Positions 50,332-60,434 of a stretch of 64,000 bases of DNA are shown here, piece by piece. How positions within the stretch are numbered: the stretch's first letter is position 1; each line of letters opens with the position of its first letter. The position numbers and the translations under genes are program-made. Origin of the DNA: Candidatus Thorarchaeota archaeon (GTDB taxonomy: Archaea > Asgardarchaeota > Thorarchaeia > Thorarchaeales > Thorarchaeaceae); contig JAFGAR010000028.1 of assembly GCA_016933575.1 (NCBI GenBank), positions 156,530-220,529 on the forward strand. Reading direction: 5' to 3'. The notes under the pieces were generated by a model. The model did not search any database and was not told the origin of the DNA. It was given only the letters and a program-made list of their open reading frames with translations.

Positions 50332-51783
50332 CTATTCACTCTTATCCTGCTCAGAAATCTTTCTTCGTTCCAATATTCCAGCATGTGTCATTCGTTTTGG
50401 AGAGAGTGCTAGATCTAGCCACTCCTCATCCATTAGACCCTCTTCAAGTATAATTTCTCGAATTGGTCTTCCTGTAAAGAGTGCAGTCTTGGCCACTCTG
50501 GAAGCCGCCTTATACCCAATGATTGGATTTAGAGCAGTGACTAGACCCACACTGCGATGTACAATGTCTAATCCTGTATGATTGGGTTCAATCCCACGAA
50601 TACAACGTTCAGTGAGAATAGGAATGCAGTTCTTTAGAACCTTCAATGCCTGAAAGAAATTGTATGCGATCACAGGTTCAAAGGCATTCAATTCTAATTG
50701 ACCAGATTGTGAAGCAACCGTTATCACAAGATCATGTCCCATGACCTGAAAGGCAACTTGTGTGACCATCTCAGGAATGACCGGATTCACTTTACCAGGC
50801 ATTATTGATGATCCAGGTTGGACTGGTGGTAAGGTTATTTCATGAAATCCACCAATAGGACCTGAGGATAGAAGAATTAGGTCACCACAAATCTTCCCTA
50901 AATTAGTCGCTAACACTCGGAGAAGGCCTGAAGCATGCACAAACTCATCAGAATTTTGAGTGTCATCGATCAGATTCTCAGCTGTGGTCAATTCAGCAAT
51001 ACCAGTCACTTCGATGAGATGCTTTTCTGCAAGGTCGATATAATCCGGATCAGCGTTGAGTGATGTGCCAATGGCTGTGGCTCCAATGTTATGGGTCTTC
51101 AGAACATTGATGGCAGATGTTATACGGGTAAGGTCTCTTTTCAAAGCTGCGGACCATGCTCCAAACTCCTGACCAAGAGTGATAGGAACTGCATCCTGCA
51201 TTTCAGTTCGTCCGAGTTTTAGAATGTCCTTGAACTTCTCTGCTTTCTCATCTAGAGCATCAATGAGGTTATTGAGATTGATAGATAATTCTCTAAGCCC
51301 AAAGATAGTTGCAATCTTGATTGCTGTTGGATAGACGTCATTAGTTGATTGGGAGAGATTCACGTGGTCATGGGCAGAGATTGGACTCGTTGAATTTCTT
51401 GCTTCCCCAAGAATCTCATTTGCTCTGGAAGCAATGACCTCGTTGGCACACATATTAGTTGATGTACCTGCACCGCCTTGAAGCATATCAACTTTGAATT
51501 GACCTTCTAGCTCTCCAGAGATTATTTCATCACATGCCTGTATTATTGCCTTAGCATATTCTGAATCAAGATGACCTAGGTCGAGATTTGCCATAGCACA
51601 AGCTTTCTTCACCATCGCAAGAGCTCTGATTAATGTTGGATAGTTATAGAGATGAACGAGTGAAACTCCAAAATTTTCCTGAGCTCTGAGAGTCTGAATT
51701 CCCCAGTATGCATCTTTGGGAATTAGTCGGACTCCAAGAAGGTCACTCTCTTCCCGATATTCCATTTCTTCCATGATGACCAA
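50332..51783 (-). CDS. aspartate ammonia-lyase / class II fumarate hydratase family lyase
   Basis: It has the GSSIMPGKVNP signature loop. The N-terminus YWGIQTLRAQENF is closer to the aspartase pattern. Confidence 0.85.
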   Translation of the reverse strand: MVIMEEMEYREESDLLGVRLIPKDAYWGIQTLRAQENFGVSLVHLYNYPTLIRALAMVKKACAMANLDLGHLDSEYAKAIIQACDEIISGELEGQFKVDMLQGGAGTSTNMCANEVIASRANEILGEARNSTSPISAHDHVNLSQSTNDVYPTAIKIATIFGLRELSINLNNLIDALDEKAEKFKDILKLGRTEMQDAVPITLGQEFGAWSAALKRDLTRITSAINVLKTHNIGATAIGTSLNADPDYIDLAEKHLIEVTGIAELTTAENLIDDTQNSDEFVHASGLLRVLATNLGKICGDLILLSSGPIGGFHEITLPPVQPGSSIMPGKVNPVIPEMVTQVAFQVMGHDLVITVASQSGQLELNAFEPVIAYNFFQALKVLKNCIPILTERCIRGIEPNHTGLDIVHRSVGLVTALNPIIGYKAASRVAKTALFTGRPIREIILEEGLMDEEWLDLALSPKRMTHAGILERRKISEQDKSE

Positions 51784-51841
51784 GCTCCAATCAAGGTGTC
51801 TAGAGGTATGACGTTTGATTGATTAATGCCTTGGTTAATCA

Positions 51842-53428
51842 TTAAAAACCTGCAGCTTGTCCATCCTTCCGATAATCAGAACCTGCAATCCAAGCATCTT
51901 CCAATCTAAGGATTGCCTGTCCACCACCAAATCCTGATGCAGTTTCGTGAATTAACACATGGCCCATTCTTCGAAGCTGACCTTGAACTTCAGGTGGAAT
52001 CCCATTTTCAAGTGCGACCAGGTTCCGTTCATGATCATGGTCAAATCGCGGGTAATCAAGAGCTTCCTGTGGACCCATGTGATAATCCGCAAGATTACTT
52101 ACAAATTGGGCATGCGCTTGAGCTTGGTGAGAGCCTCCCATAATACCAAATACCCCTTGGATATTGCCATCTTGATATAATGCGCCAGGAATTATCGTAT
52201 GAAAAGGTAATTTCTTTGGTGCAAAGCAATTTGGATGGGTAGGGTCAAGTGAAAACAGACATCCTCGATTTTGTAGCTTGATGCCATATCTGGGAACAAC
52301 AAGGCCACTCCCAAAACCCAAGTATAGGCTGTTTATGAATGACACAGCTCCACCAGCTCCATCAGCTGTCGCGAGATATACGGTATCACTATCAGTGGGA
52401 ATACCAGAAGGATATTCAGTCATAGCCCGGTTTCGATTAATGAGCTTTGTACGTTCCACTGCATACTCCTTGGAAAGAAGTGCTTCTAGAGGAATCTCAT
52501 AGAATGACGGATCTGTATTATGCTGATGCAAATCGCCATAGGCTAGTTTCTTTGCCTCAATCATTAGATGGTATCGTTCTGCTGTAAGAGATGAGCTTGT
52601 GGGAAAATCAAATTGCTCCATCAAATTGAGCATGATAAGTGCAGCAAAACCTTGGCCATTTGGAGGATGCTCAAAGACGTCCAATCCTCTATAATTGGTT
52701 GACACAGCTACGGTCTCCACAGTTTTATGTGATTCAAGATCATCCATCGTGAGAAAACCATCATGTTCTTGAACAGTCTTTACAATAGATGCACCAATAT
52801 TCCCACCATAGAACACGTGGGGACCATCAGATGCAACCATCTCAAATACTTCAGCAAGACCAGGATTCTTCAATATCTCGCCAACTCGGGGAGAACGACC
52901 ATCAATCGTATAGATTCGTTTTGCTTCATCATTTATGAGAGAATGGACTGCCAAAGGCCAAACTTGCGCAATAATCGGAGAAACAGGGAATCCATTCCGT
53001 GCATAGTAAATTGCAGGTTCAAGAACCTCACTGAATTCAAGAGATCCATATTTTTCTACTAGATAATACCACATATGCATTGCACCGGGTACTGATACAG
53101 AGGCACCCCCACGAACAGGCATGGAGGTCCAGCCTCTTTCTAGTAAATCGTCAAGTGTGATAAGAGAACCCGATCTTCCAGAACCATTGATGCTGACGGG
53201 TCGGCTTTTCCCTGGAAGGTGAACAAGAGCAAATGCATCACCACCACAACCTGTACTAAAAGGTTCTACAATATCCAATACAGCAGCAGTTGCAACTGCT
53301 GCATCAATACTATTCCCCCCTTTACGGAGTATCTTCAAGCCAGCTTGTGTTGCTAACGGCTGTGAGGACGCGACAACACCATGTTGCGCTATGACATCAG
53401 ACCTACCTGTTGACCTCCGCCAGAACAT
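51842..53428 (-). CDS. ggt: gamma-glutamyltransferase family protein
   Basis: The N-terminus GVVASSQPLATQAGLKILRKGGNSIDAAVA is typical of GGT. The autoprocessing-site region is SDTVYLATAD. Length is 528 aa. Confidence 0.8.
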   Translation of the reverse strand: MFWRRSTGRSDVIAQHGVVASSQPLATQAGLKILRKGGNSIDAAVATAAVLDIVEPFSTGCGGDAFALVHLPGKSRPVSINGSGRSGSLITLDDLLERGWTSMPVRGGASVSVPGAMHMWYYLVEKYGSLEFSEVLEPAIYYARNGFPVSPIIAQVWPLAVHSLINDEAKRIYTIDGRSPRVGEILKNPGLAEVFEMVASDGPHVFYGGNIGASIVKTVQEHDGFLTMDDLESHKTVETVAVSTNYRGLDVFEHPPNGQGFAALIMLNLMEQFDFPTSSSLTAERYHLMIEAKKLAYGDLHQHNTDPSFYEIPLEALLSKEYAVERTKLINRNRAMTEYPSGIPTDSDTVYLATADGAGGAVSFINSLYLGFGSGLVVPRYGIKLQNRGCLFSLDPTHPNCFAPKKLPFHTIIPGALYQDGNIQGVFGIMGGSHQAQAHAQFVSNLADYHMGPQEALDYPRFDHDHERNLVALENGIPPEVQGQLRRMGHVLIHETASGFGGGQAILRLEDAWIAGSDYRKDGQAAGF

Positions 53429-53431
53429 CTC

Positions 53432-54823
53432 TTAGACCTCCGTTGGATAACCTTTCGATACCCAACCTTTGTATCCTTCAATTGGAACTGCAATATCGGT
53501 GAAACCATTTCTATGTAAGATACTTGCTGCAGCAGTTCCACGGAATCCTGAGGGGCAAAGTGGTGCAATCGAAACGTTTCCGTCAATCGATGTTGCAGTT
53601 TCATCCAAAAGTGTCAGAGGAGATGAGATGGCACCGGGGATGTGATTTTGACTGAATTCATGGGGTTCTCGTACATCAACCACTCGAATCGAGTTTGTAT
53701 CAACTCTCTTCTTCAATTCTTCAGTAGAGAGAGTTCTTATAGATTCTACTGGTCGTCCGCTCTGTATCCAAGTATCAATTCCATTTTTCAAGAAACCTAC
53801 TATATCATCGAGACCAACTCGTACAAGATAACTCCAAGCTTGTCCAAGGTCCTTGCGATTTCCTAAAATCAAAGAGAACGTCTGTTCTGCCTTCAATGTC
53901 CATCCTGCTAATAGACCCATGTTTGTTAGACTCAAGTTTATAGTTCTAGGGATGAACTGCATCAAAAATTCTTTGGCTTGACGAGTATCTATTCCACGAT
54001 GATTATCATCTTCAATGTTATTCGCAAGAGATACTGCATCAAGTTCCTGTGGAGGGCTTCTGGTGTTTAAAAGGAGAGGACCTATTGTATTCAATTTTTC
54101 ACAGCGTTTGAAATATGAAGTCCGTGTCAGTCTCTGTGCTGTCTTTGCTGAAACAAACTCTTCCTCATCCATCTTAAGCCACATGTTATTTGATCTCTCA
54201 AATCCGATTGTTGAAAATTCTCTATCCCCAATTGCGCCACCACAGACTGAACCAGCACCATGACCAGGATGAATTATTACTCCATCTCCAATAGGGAGCA
54301 GCTTTTCGTGTAAACTACGAAAGAGCTTACGCGACATTTCTTCGTGTTTGTTGATATCGACAAGATCAGTTCTTCCAACTTCGTTAACAAAGAGTGTATC
54401 TCCAGTGAATGCAATTATGGGATCAGGTCCTGAGGATTTGTCGGATACAACATAGCATATACTATCATCAGTATGACCAGGTGTATTCAAACAGGTGATG
54501 TGCATTTTTCCAGCGTTAAAGGTTTCACCGTCAGCAATAGCATGTTCACCAAACTTGAAAGATATAGCATTACTATGGCCAATCTCAACGTCAGGAACCA
54601 AGGATTGGAGCTCAAGAGAACCTATCACATAATCCTCGTTCCTGTGAGTCTCGAAAACATAACGGATATCAACGCCTTCTCTCAATGCAAGCTCAGCATA
54701 GATAGAAGCATCTCGTCGAGGATCTATCACGACTGCTTCTCCATCAGAGCTCACAAAATAAGAGAGAGCTGCTAGTCCTTCAGACCTAACTGTGGTTATC
54801 CTCATTAGACAGATCACTATCAA
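53432..54823 (-). CDS. metallo-beta-lactamase-fold protein fused to a rhodanese domain (persulfide-dioxygenase-like architecture)
   Basis: MBL motifs are TPGHTDDS, GDTLFVNEVGRTDL and PGHGAGSVCGG. The C-terminal rhodanese domain has the active-site loop CPSGFRG. The first metal motif reads ETHRNEDY rather than HxHxDH. Confidence 0.8.
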   Translation of the reverse strand: MIVICLMRITTVRSEGLAALSYFVSSDGEAVVIDPRRDASIYAELALREGVDIRYVFETHRNEDYVIGSLELQSLVPDVEIGHSNAISFKFGEHAIADGETFNAGKMHITCLNTPGHTDDSICYVVSDKSSGPDPIIAFTGDTLFVNEVGRTDLVDINKHEEMSRKLFRSLHEKLLPIGDGVIIHPGHGAGSVCGGAIGDREFSTIGFERSNNMWLKMDEEEFVSAKTAQRLTRTSYFKRCEKLNTIGPLLLNTRSPPQELDAVSLANNIEDDNHRGIDTRQAKEFLMQFIPRTINLSLTNMGLLAGWTLKAEQTFSLILGNRKDLGQAWSYLVRVGLDDIVGFLKNGIDTWIQSGRPVESIRTLSTEELKKRVDTNSIRVVDVREPHEFSQNHIPGAISSPLTLLDETATSIDGNVSIAPLCPSGFRGTAAASILHRNGFTDIAVPIEGYKGWVSKGYPTEV

Positions 54824-54900
54824 AGATTCTATCTTCCCTCCTTTAAGTTATGAGGTATAATACGAGTTGTGAGAAATGTTCCAAAGGACAAAGATTAAAC

Positions 54901-55413
54901 ATGACATTAACTGAGAAATCATGGTGTTCGGTAATGGGAGATAATCCTGAAGCTAGGAGAACCAATAACGATGAGGGTATAATTGTCCAAGCATCGCTAG
55001 ATATCCTCAGGAAAGCAGCTGGAAAGGTGTTGTTTGAATTCAATGAGATGCTAGTTTCCTTCGACGGTGAAGAAAAATCGATAGAGGAAGAAATCGGAAT
55101 AGGAGATACAATTCTTTTTGAAGAGGATATTAGTCCTTGTCCCGCACAGATTGCTGTAACAAAAATCACTGAGGAACTTTGGTACATTATCTCTACTTCA
55201 GAGATTCCTCAAGGTGGATATCCCTCTGGTCGAGATGCAATGCGAGCAGCTCAAGCAGAAGAGAAGAGAATTCAACTATTCAAGGATTTCCTGCAAAAAA
55301 CTGCAGGAGTGAAGAAGGTTGAAGATGTCCGGAATTGGCAACCAGATATGCGTGCTGAAGCTGCTGATGTACTAGATATAATCAACACAGCATCTAGAAA
55401 ATGGGCTCACTGA
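54901..55413 (+). CDS. hypothetical acidic protein
   Basis: The ORF opens at 54850, and the first ATG is at 54901. No motif was recognised. Confidence 0.45.
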   Translation: MTLTEKSWCSVMGDNPEARRTNNDEGIIVQASLDILRKAAGKVLFEFNEMLVSFDGEEKSIEEEIGIGDTILFEEDISPCPAQIAVTKITEELWYIISTSEIPQGGYPSGRDAMRAAQAEEKRIQLFKDFLQKTAGVKKVEDVRNWQPDMRAEAADVLDIINTASRKWAH

Positions 55414-55471
55414 CACATTCTTCGTCACTTTTATTACGTTAAGAAATCAGCAGAGAATAGGAGTCTATCTC

Positions 55472-56038
55472 ATGGAGACCGCACGTCAAGCATTGAAGTG
55501 GAATCAAAGGTCTGAACTAGTTAAGACAGTTTTTGTCATTCTTATTATAGTTGGAGCTACACTTAGTGCGTTTGGCATATTCACTATCGCAATGGGAACC
55601 TCAAATCCATTAGTTGTTGTAGAGAGTGAATCCATGATACCGAACCTTAACAGAGGGGATCTCTTAGTTCTGCAGTCTCGAGCACCTGAAGACATCAATG
55701 TTGGTGATATTGTGGTCTACAATGCATACTGGCATGACAAACCTATTGTACATCGAGTTGTCCAAAGAGTGCTTGTAGGAGATGAATATCATTACTATAC
55801 TCAGGGGGATAACAATAGTCTAATGGATCCTGAGTATCGCGTCTATGAGGATATCATTGGAGTTGTGATCCTTGCAATTCCCCTTATCGGTCATGTTACT
55901 CTGTTTCTTCATGAACCATATGGATTGGCAATAGTGATTGTCATCTTTGTTGCCCTTCTTATTTTACCGGAATTTGTCTTCAAAGAGAAGGAAGACGAAG
56001 AAGAGATGCCTTCTGAAGAACAATCACCCAATGCCTGA
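55472..56038 (+). CDS. signal peptidase I, archaeal/eukaryal Sec11 (S26B) type
   Basis: It has an N-terminal TM, the catalytic Ser box VVESESMIPNL, the His box PIVHRV, a GDNN motif, a C-terminal TM and an acidic tail. Confidence 0.8.
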   Translation: METARQALKWNQRSELVKTVFVILIIVGATLSAFGIFTIAMGTSNPLVVVESESMIPNLNRGDLLVLQSRAPEDINVGDIVVYNAYWHDKPIVHRVVQRVLVGDEYHYYTQGDNNSLMDPEYRVYEDIIGVVILAIPLIGHVTLFLHEPYGLAIVIVIFVALLILPEFVFKEKEDEEEMPSEEQSPNA

Positions 56039-56098
56039 AAGGGAGTTTGTTAGAAAAAATGGCCAAGGGAGTCATGTGGTTCTAGCTAGAAGTCTAGT

Positions 56099-57667
56099 TC
56101 ATTCTCCAAATAATCCATCAATCAAACCTGTAATGGACTCAGAGTATCCATGTGGAAGTCTTCCTTCACTTGCGTCCTTAACAAGTTTCGTTGCTGAATC
56201 TGTATTCATTCTGAGGATTAGTTGACGTGATCCAATCTCTTCAGATAGAGCATCAAACTTCGCGCCTTTCGTATCAGCTGGCACTGCAATTATTGCTGAT
56301 TCAATAGCGCCACTATCAATTAAACTCTTCAGACGTTTCTCAGCATAATACGCAGCAACCCCCCCACTGCGGTTCCAGTCCTTAATATTTGGAATGTCAA
56401 TGCCGATTCTTTTTGTAACATCAGTCTTGGTAAGTTCTACAAGTACTGCTTTCTGTGCTAGGTCCCCATCTGAACCTATCTGAAGTTGTACCGCAATTCC
56501 AAGTGGCGCACCTGCAAGTTTTAGTGTTTCGACAATAGAATTGGACACAACGTTTGCAGTCAGCTTAATCACATAGTCATCTTGCTCTGCAACTTCTTCA
56601 ATAGGTTTGTCGAATAGAATAGTGTCCAGTCTTGGAATTAGATGTTTGATTGCCTCTCTAGGAATACCAGTGGAGTGCTGGAATGCTGCATCAATGTCAC
56701 TCTCGCTGAAAGGAAACAACAAATCTGGAGGAGGTTCTACATTTTGTTGTTGCCAATATTTGCTCATACTTTCATTTACAAAAGCAAATACATCTTCTCT
56801 CGAGAATTTCGCTAACTCTACAGGAGTTTCCATACGAGACCTAGTAGGTCCATCAGCAAGGTTGTAGATTCTGTCCCACACATCAGTCAGACAAGAAGCC
56901 ACGATTACGATATTCTTTGATTCATTGTAGATTCGTTTTAACACTTCTAGAAAATGGCGTTCACCATCTTCACCATACGTATTGTACGGTCCCTCCATCT
57001 CATCAACAAACAACAAGAGAGGAACTTCTGAACCCTCTGCAAGTAGTTTGATTGTTGCCAGGGTGACATCATCCTCTTCCAGAATAGTTCGTACGCCCAA
57101 ACGATCCAATTCGCTATCGTTGAGAGCATCTCCTAGTAACCACCTTCGAGCTAAATCGTGTGTTGAAGGATCAAGACGATATCGAAGAAGAACCTTGACA
57201 ACATCAGAAGAGATTCCAGGGTAATCAACAATTAAACGCTCGAGAGCATATGTATAGTCGTACATCTCATGTGTAACGCCTTTCAAACCCCCGAACTTTG
57301 TTATTAGCATGTCAACAGCTTGTTCGAATAGTCTATCACCTGCTTCATCAACTATGCAGGCATGAAGATGCAGAGGAACTCGTACAGGAGAAGGTGGAGA
57401 GGGAACATAGACTGCAAGGAATCTGCCAGCAGCGAAATATTCCTCTTGGTCTTTCATTACCCAAAATAAGTGTGTCTTCCCAATCCCTGCCCCACCTAAG
57501 ATTGGTTGGAATCGTGGCGTGGAATCATGCATTGTAAATCGTACTACTCGGAAGATTGCACGATCTGCATTCTTGTGAGGATTCGGAACATCAATATCAT
57601 CCTTAATATCACCACGAGAAACGAATCGCTTTAGTGGTGGATTCTCTCTTAGAATATCAAGATACAT
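56099..57667 (-). CDS. P-loop AAA+-like ATPase (Orc1/Cdc6- or AAA_16-like core) with unassigned C-terminal domain
   Basis: Walker A is GGAGIGKT (about nt 57473-57496, minus strand). Walker B is LLLFVDEMEG, and a sensor-like IVIVASCLTD follows. The lid-like STGIPREAIKHL resembles the Cdc6 GDARxAI motif. The C-terminal ~170 aa is unassigned. Confidence 0.75.
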   Translation of the reverse strand: MYLDILRENPPLKRFVSRGDIKDDIDVPNPHKNADRAIFRVVRFTMHDSTPRFQPILGGAGIGKTHLFWVMKDQEEYFAAGRFLAVYVPSPPSPVRVPLHLHACIVDEAGDRLFEQAVDMLITKFGGLKGVTHEMYDYTYALERLIVDYPGISSDVVKVLLRYRLDPSTHDLARRWLLGDALNDSELDRLGVRTILEEDDVTLATIKLLAEGSEVPLLLFVDEMEGPYNTYGEDGERHFLEVLKRIYNESKNIVIVASCLTDVWDRIYNLADGPTRSRMETPVELAKFSREDVFAFVNESMSKYWQQQNVEPPPDLLFPFSESDIDAAFQHSTGIPREAIKHLIPRLDTILFDKPIEEVAEQDDYVIKLTANVVSNSIVETLKLAGAPLGIAVQLQIGSDGDLAQKAVLVELTKTDVTKRIGIDIPNIKDWNRSGGVAAYYAEKRLKSLIDSGAIESAIIAVPADTKGAKFDALSEEIGSRQLILRMNTDSATKLVKDASEGRLPHGYSESITGLIDGLFGE

Positions 57668-57853
57668 ATTCTTATCAAAAGTTTCCGAAAATTCCGATGG
57701 TGGATTAATTGTAAACTACCTCCTAACTATCTCACAGATGAAGCTACACAGATTTGAATGTACCGAAGCTCCTGACATGATACCAGCAAAATTATCTGAT
57801 TGAATCATGCTTAAACAGGATGGTGACGCTTTTAATTGATTGATTCAAACCTT

Positions 57854-58204
57854 ATGAACAATGTCCTTGATAATCTAAATGTTGGAATAGTGATTATAGA
57901 CACCAAAGATACCATCATTCTCTTTAACAAAAAAGCAGGAGAAATGCTCCAACAAGATCCTAAGACTAGAATTGGTACATCAATCCTAAGATGCCATGGT
58001 GAAGTTTCTGAACAACCTGTATTGAAGATGATAGGCGATCTCAAGGAAAAGATCATGCCTCACTATGAGGGATGGGTGAACTTCAAAGGTCGTATGCTCT
58101 ATGAATATATCTACCCGATCTGGGGGCCAGATGGTACCTTTCAGGGTATTGTTGAGGAGCTTCATGATGCAGCTGAAAAAGCAGGTTATTTGAAGATGAG
58201 GTGA
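57854..58204 (+). CDS. stand-alone PAS-domain protein
   Basis: ATG 57854 begins MNNVLDNLNVGIVIIDTKDTIILFNKKAGEML, which is a typical PAS N-cap and core. Length is ~116 aa. Confidence 0.6.
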   Translation: MNNVLDNLNVGIVIIDTKDTIILFNKKAGEMLQQDPKTRIGTSILRCHGEVSEQPVLKMIGDLKEKIMPHYEGWVNFKGRMLYEYIYPIWGPDGTFQGIVEELHDAAEKAGYLKMR

Positions 58205-58355
58205 GAGTGGAAGGAAATACACATTTCGGGTCTTGGAGAAAAAGCTCCACGAAGCCCACACGAACACATCATGTAGTTTCCTTAAAAATTCCTTACTGAA
58301 ACAGTTATGAATACCTCAACTATCAGCACCCTTAGCTCAGGATAGTGAATGAATC

Positions 58356-59660
58356 TTGGAACGTGAACCAGATTGGGACTTTGAGAATGGTATCTCAGAC
58401 AGTTCTAAGATAATTGGACTATCAGTCCTTACAGCCCTCAGCAGATTGAGTAATTCCTTCCGTGAAATAGTCCTTTTCCTCTTTGTCGCGTTCATCTTCA
58501 ATAGTACGGATGTGAACATAGATGCATTCTATGGGTTTATTGTAGCGATTGCAGGGTATGTCCAAGCTATAGCCCTCTTTCCAGCTGGATCTTTGAGTGA
58601 CAAAATGGGGAGAGGCTTAGCTATTCTAATCGGAGGTGTAGTATCTGGTGTAGGACTCATCCTGATGCCATTTGCTTTAGACACGACTTCAATACTCCTA
58701 CTCTATGCATTGACTGGTGTCGGTTCAGGTTTCACAATGACCTCGATTAAGACTCTGGTTGCAGACTATACGGAGAGAGGAGAGGAGCGGACACGCTCAT
58801 ACGGAATCACAATGGCCGCTGGCACAATGGCTGCAGTTGTAGGACCTCTCATCGCAGGATTCATTCTTGATCCAATTGCACTACCAGGTATCAATCCAGA
58901 GATGGTGAGATACACTATCACATTTTTCATGTGGGGTATCTTGAGAATTGCTACTGGAATTGCGGGTCTAGTCACAGAACGGTGGTTAAAGAAAAATATC
59001 ATTCGTAAGAGAGTTGCAACTACAATCATAATTGAAGAGAAACCAAAGAATATTCCTGATGCAAGAAATGATACTGTGACTTCATCACTCTTTGGAATCA
59101 GCCGTTTGATTATGGGTTTTAGCTCTGGCATGGTTGTGCCATATATCATACCTTGGATATACGACTCATTCAATCCGAGTGAGATTGTTCTGGGAAGTCT
59201 TCCTGCAATATCAAATATCACTCTGGCATCAGGCGCTCTGCTTGTTGGTCTGTCGAGTGAGAGAGTTGGCAAAGTCAAAATGATAACAATTCTCTATACA
59301 CTTGCTCCTATCCTAACAATAGGGCTTGTCTATTCACCTTTCTTATTGATGGCTGTGTTCTATGTAGCACGAATGGGCGTAGCAAACATGGCTCAACCCG
59401 CATTTGATTCATTATTTATGGGTGAAATCAGCCAAACTCGAAGGGGAAGGTCATTGGCACTAACAAGGGTAATGTGGACATTCCCACGTCAAACAGGTAC
59501 TCTTGCTTCGTCATTCTTGTTAGCAATTGGGCTTCTCGGAACAACAGCACAATTTGGAGTAATCGTCTTTCCATTGGCAATGGCATTGTATCCTCTCAGT
59601 GTCATACCGATGTACGCTGCTGTAAGACGTAACAAACGATTGAACAATTATGGCGATTGA
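58356..59660 (+). CDS. MFS transporter
   Basis: The product has about 12 TM helices and the motif GSLSDKMGRG. The TTG start is uncertain. Confidence 0.75.
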   Translation: MEREPDWDFENGISDSSKIIGLSVLTALSRLSNSFREIVLFLFVAFIFNSTDVNIDAFYGFIVAIAGYVQAIALFPAGSLSDKMGRGLAILIGGVVSGVGLILMPFALDTTSILLLYALTGVGSGFTMTSIKTLVADYTERGEERTRSYGITMAAGTMAAVVGPLIAGFILDPIALPGINPEMVRYTITFFMWGILRIATGIAGLVTERWLKKNIIRKRVATTIIIEEKPKNIPDARNDTVTSSLFGISRLIMGFSSGMVVPYIIPWIYDSFNPSEIVLGSLPAISNITLASGALLVGLSSERVGKVKMITILYTLAPILTIGLVYSPFLLMAVFYVARMGVANMAQPAFDSLFMGEISQTRRGRSLALTRVMWTFPRQTGTLASSFLLAIGLLGTTAQFGVIVFPLAMALYPLSVIPMYAAVRRNKRLNNYGD

Positions 59661-60235
59661 ATTTTCATTTGTACTGTGAATTCAGGATTCGCTTCTTGAA
59701 ATTCATATCGCAAAATATCCATGAACAACAGATTAGTGTATCTTCCATCTAAGAACTCAGACTCACGAAACAGACCTATGCGCTTAAACCCAACCTTCTC
59801 GTATACATGTATTGCACGAGCATTTTCCTCCATCGTATCAAGGTAGATACTGTGAAGACCCAGAATATTGAATCCGACCCATAGAATCACTCTGATAGCA
59901 TCTGTGCCATACCCTCTAGAGAGATGCTCAGGATTATGAATCGATATACCCATCTCAGCTCTATTGTGTGGTTTTTTGATGTCTTCAAGATGAACAAAAC
60001 CAAGAAATTCGTCTGTATATTTATCAGCAATAGAAAGTTCAAGAAGACCATCTTTCCATGGATCAGAGGAGCCACGCTTCATTATCCAATCCTCAAGATA
60101 GACCCGAGATCTTGGAATAGGAGCCCCAAGAAAACGGCGAATCTCAAGAGCGTTGAAATATTTCACTAGTAGGTCGAAATCAGATTCTTGGACAGCCCTA
60201 AGGCACACAAGATTTCCAAAGTACATGAGAATCAT
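59648..60235 (-). CDS. GNAT-family (RimJ/RimL-like) N-acetyltransferase
   Basis: LRAVQESDFDLL is followed by the acetyltransferase core with RGYGTDAIRVIL and YEKVGFKRIG. It has a 13-nt 3' overlap with the convergent MFS gene. Confidence 0.75.
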   Translation of the reverse strand: MILMYFGNLVCLRAVQESDFDLLVKYFNALEIRRFLGAPIPRSRVYLEDWIMKRGSSDPWKDGLLELSIADKYTDEFLGFVHLEDIKKPHNRAEMGISIHNPEHLSRGYGTDAIRVILWVGFNILGLHSIYLDTMEENARAIHVYEKVGFKRIGLFRESEFLDGRYTNLLFMDILRYEFQEANPEFTVQMKIQSP

Positions 60236-60273
60236 CTAATTCAAGAAACTTCACACTGAAAAACAAATCTCTG

Positions 60274-60410
60274 CAGTCCGGTGAAGTTCGCTCCACCGGA
60301 CTGTGAGGAGGGAGTGGGTAGTTGAATACAGTGATACTCCAGGATGACCCACTCACAATGTGAGAACAACCTGTGATATTATTATCACGAATGAATATAA
60401 GAGACAGGTT
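60274..60410. ncRNA. hairpin-dense intergenic element (candidate structured leader or small RNA; strand unresolved)
   Basis: Exact inverted repeats are present. (1) CAGTCCGGTG/CACCGGACTG at 60274-60303. (2) GAGTGGGT/ACCCACTC at 60312-60354. (3) CTCAC/GTGAG at 60352-60364, overlapping the 3' arm of the previous stem. (4) AACCTGT/ACAGGTT at 60368-60410, enclosing GTGATA/TATCAC at 60373-60388. Confidence 0.3.
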
Positions 60411-60434
60411 CAACGCCAAATTCAAACAATCATT

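Noticed and set aside
57737-57800. Possible C/D-box sRNA in the ATPase/PAS intergenic region: AGATGA ... CTGA ... ATGATAC, a 12-nt spacer, then CTGA.
   Set aside because: Both C-type boxes deviate from RUGAUGA. The C-to-D' spacer is about 30 nt instead of about 12, and there is no terminal stem. Chance occurrence is likely in AT-rich sequence.
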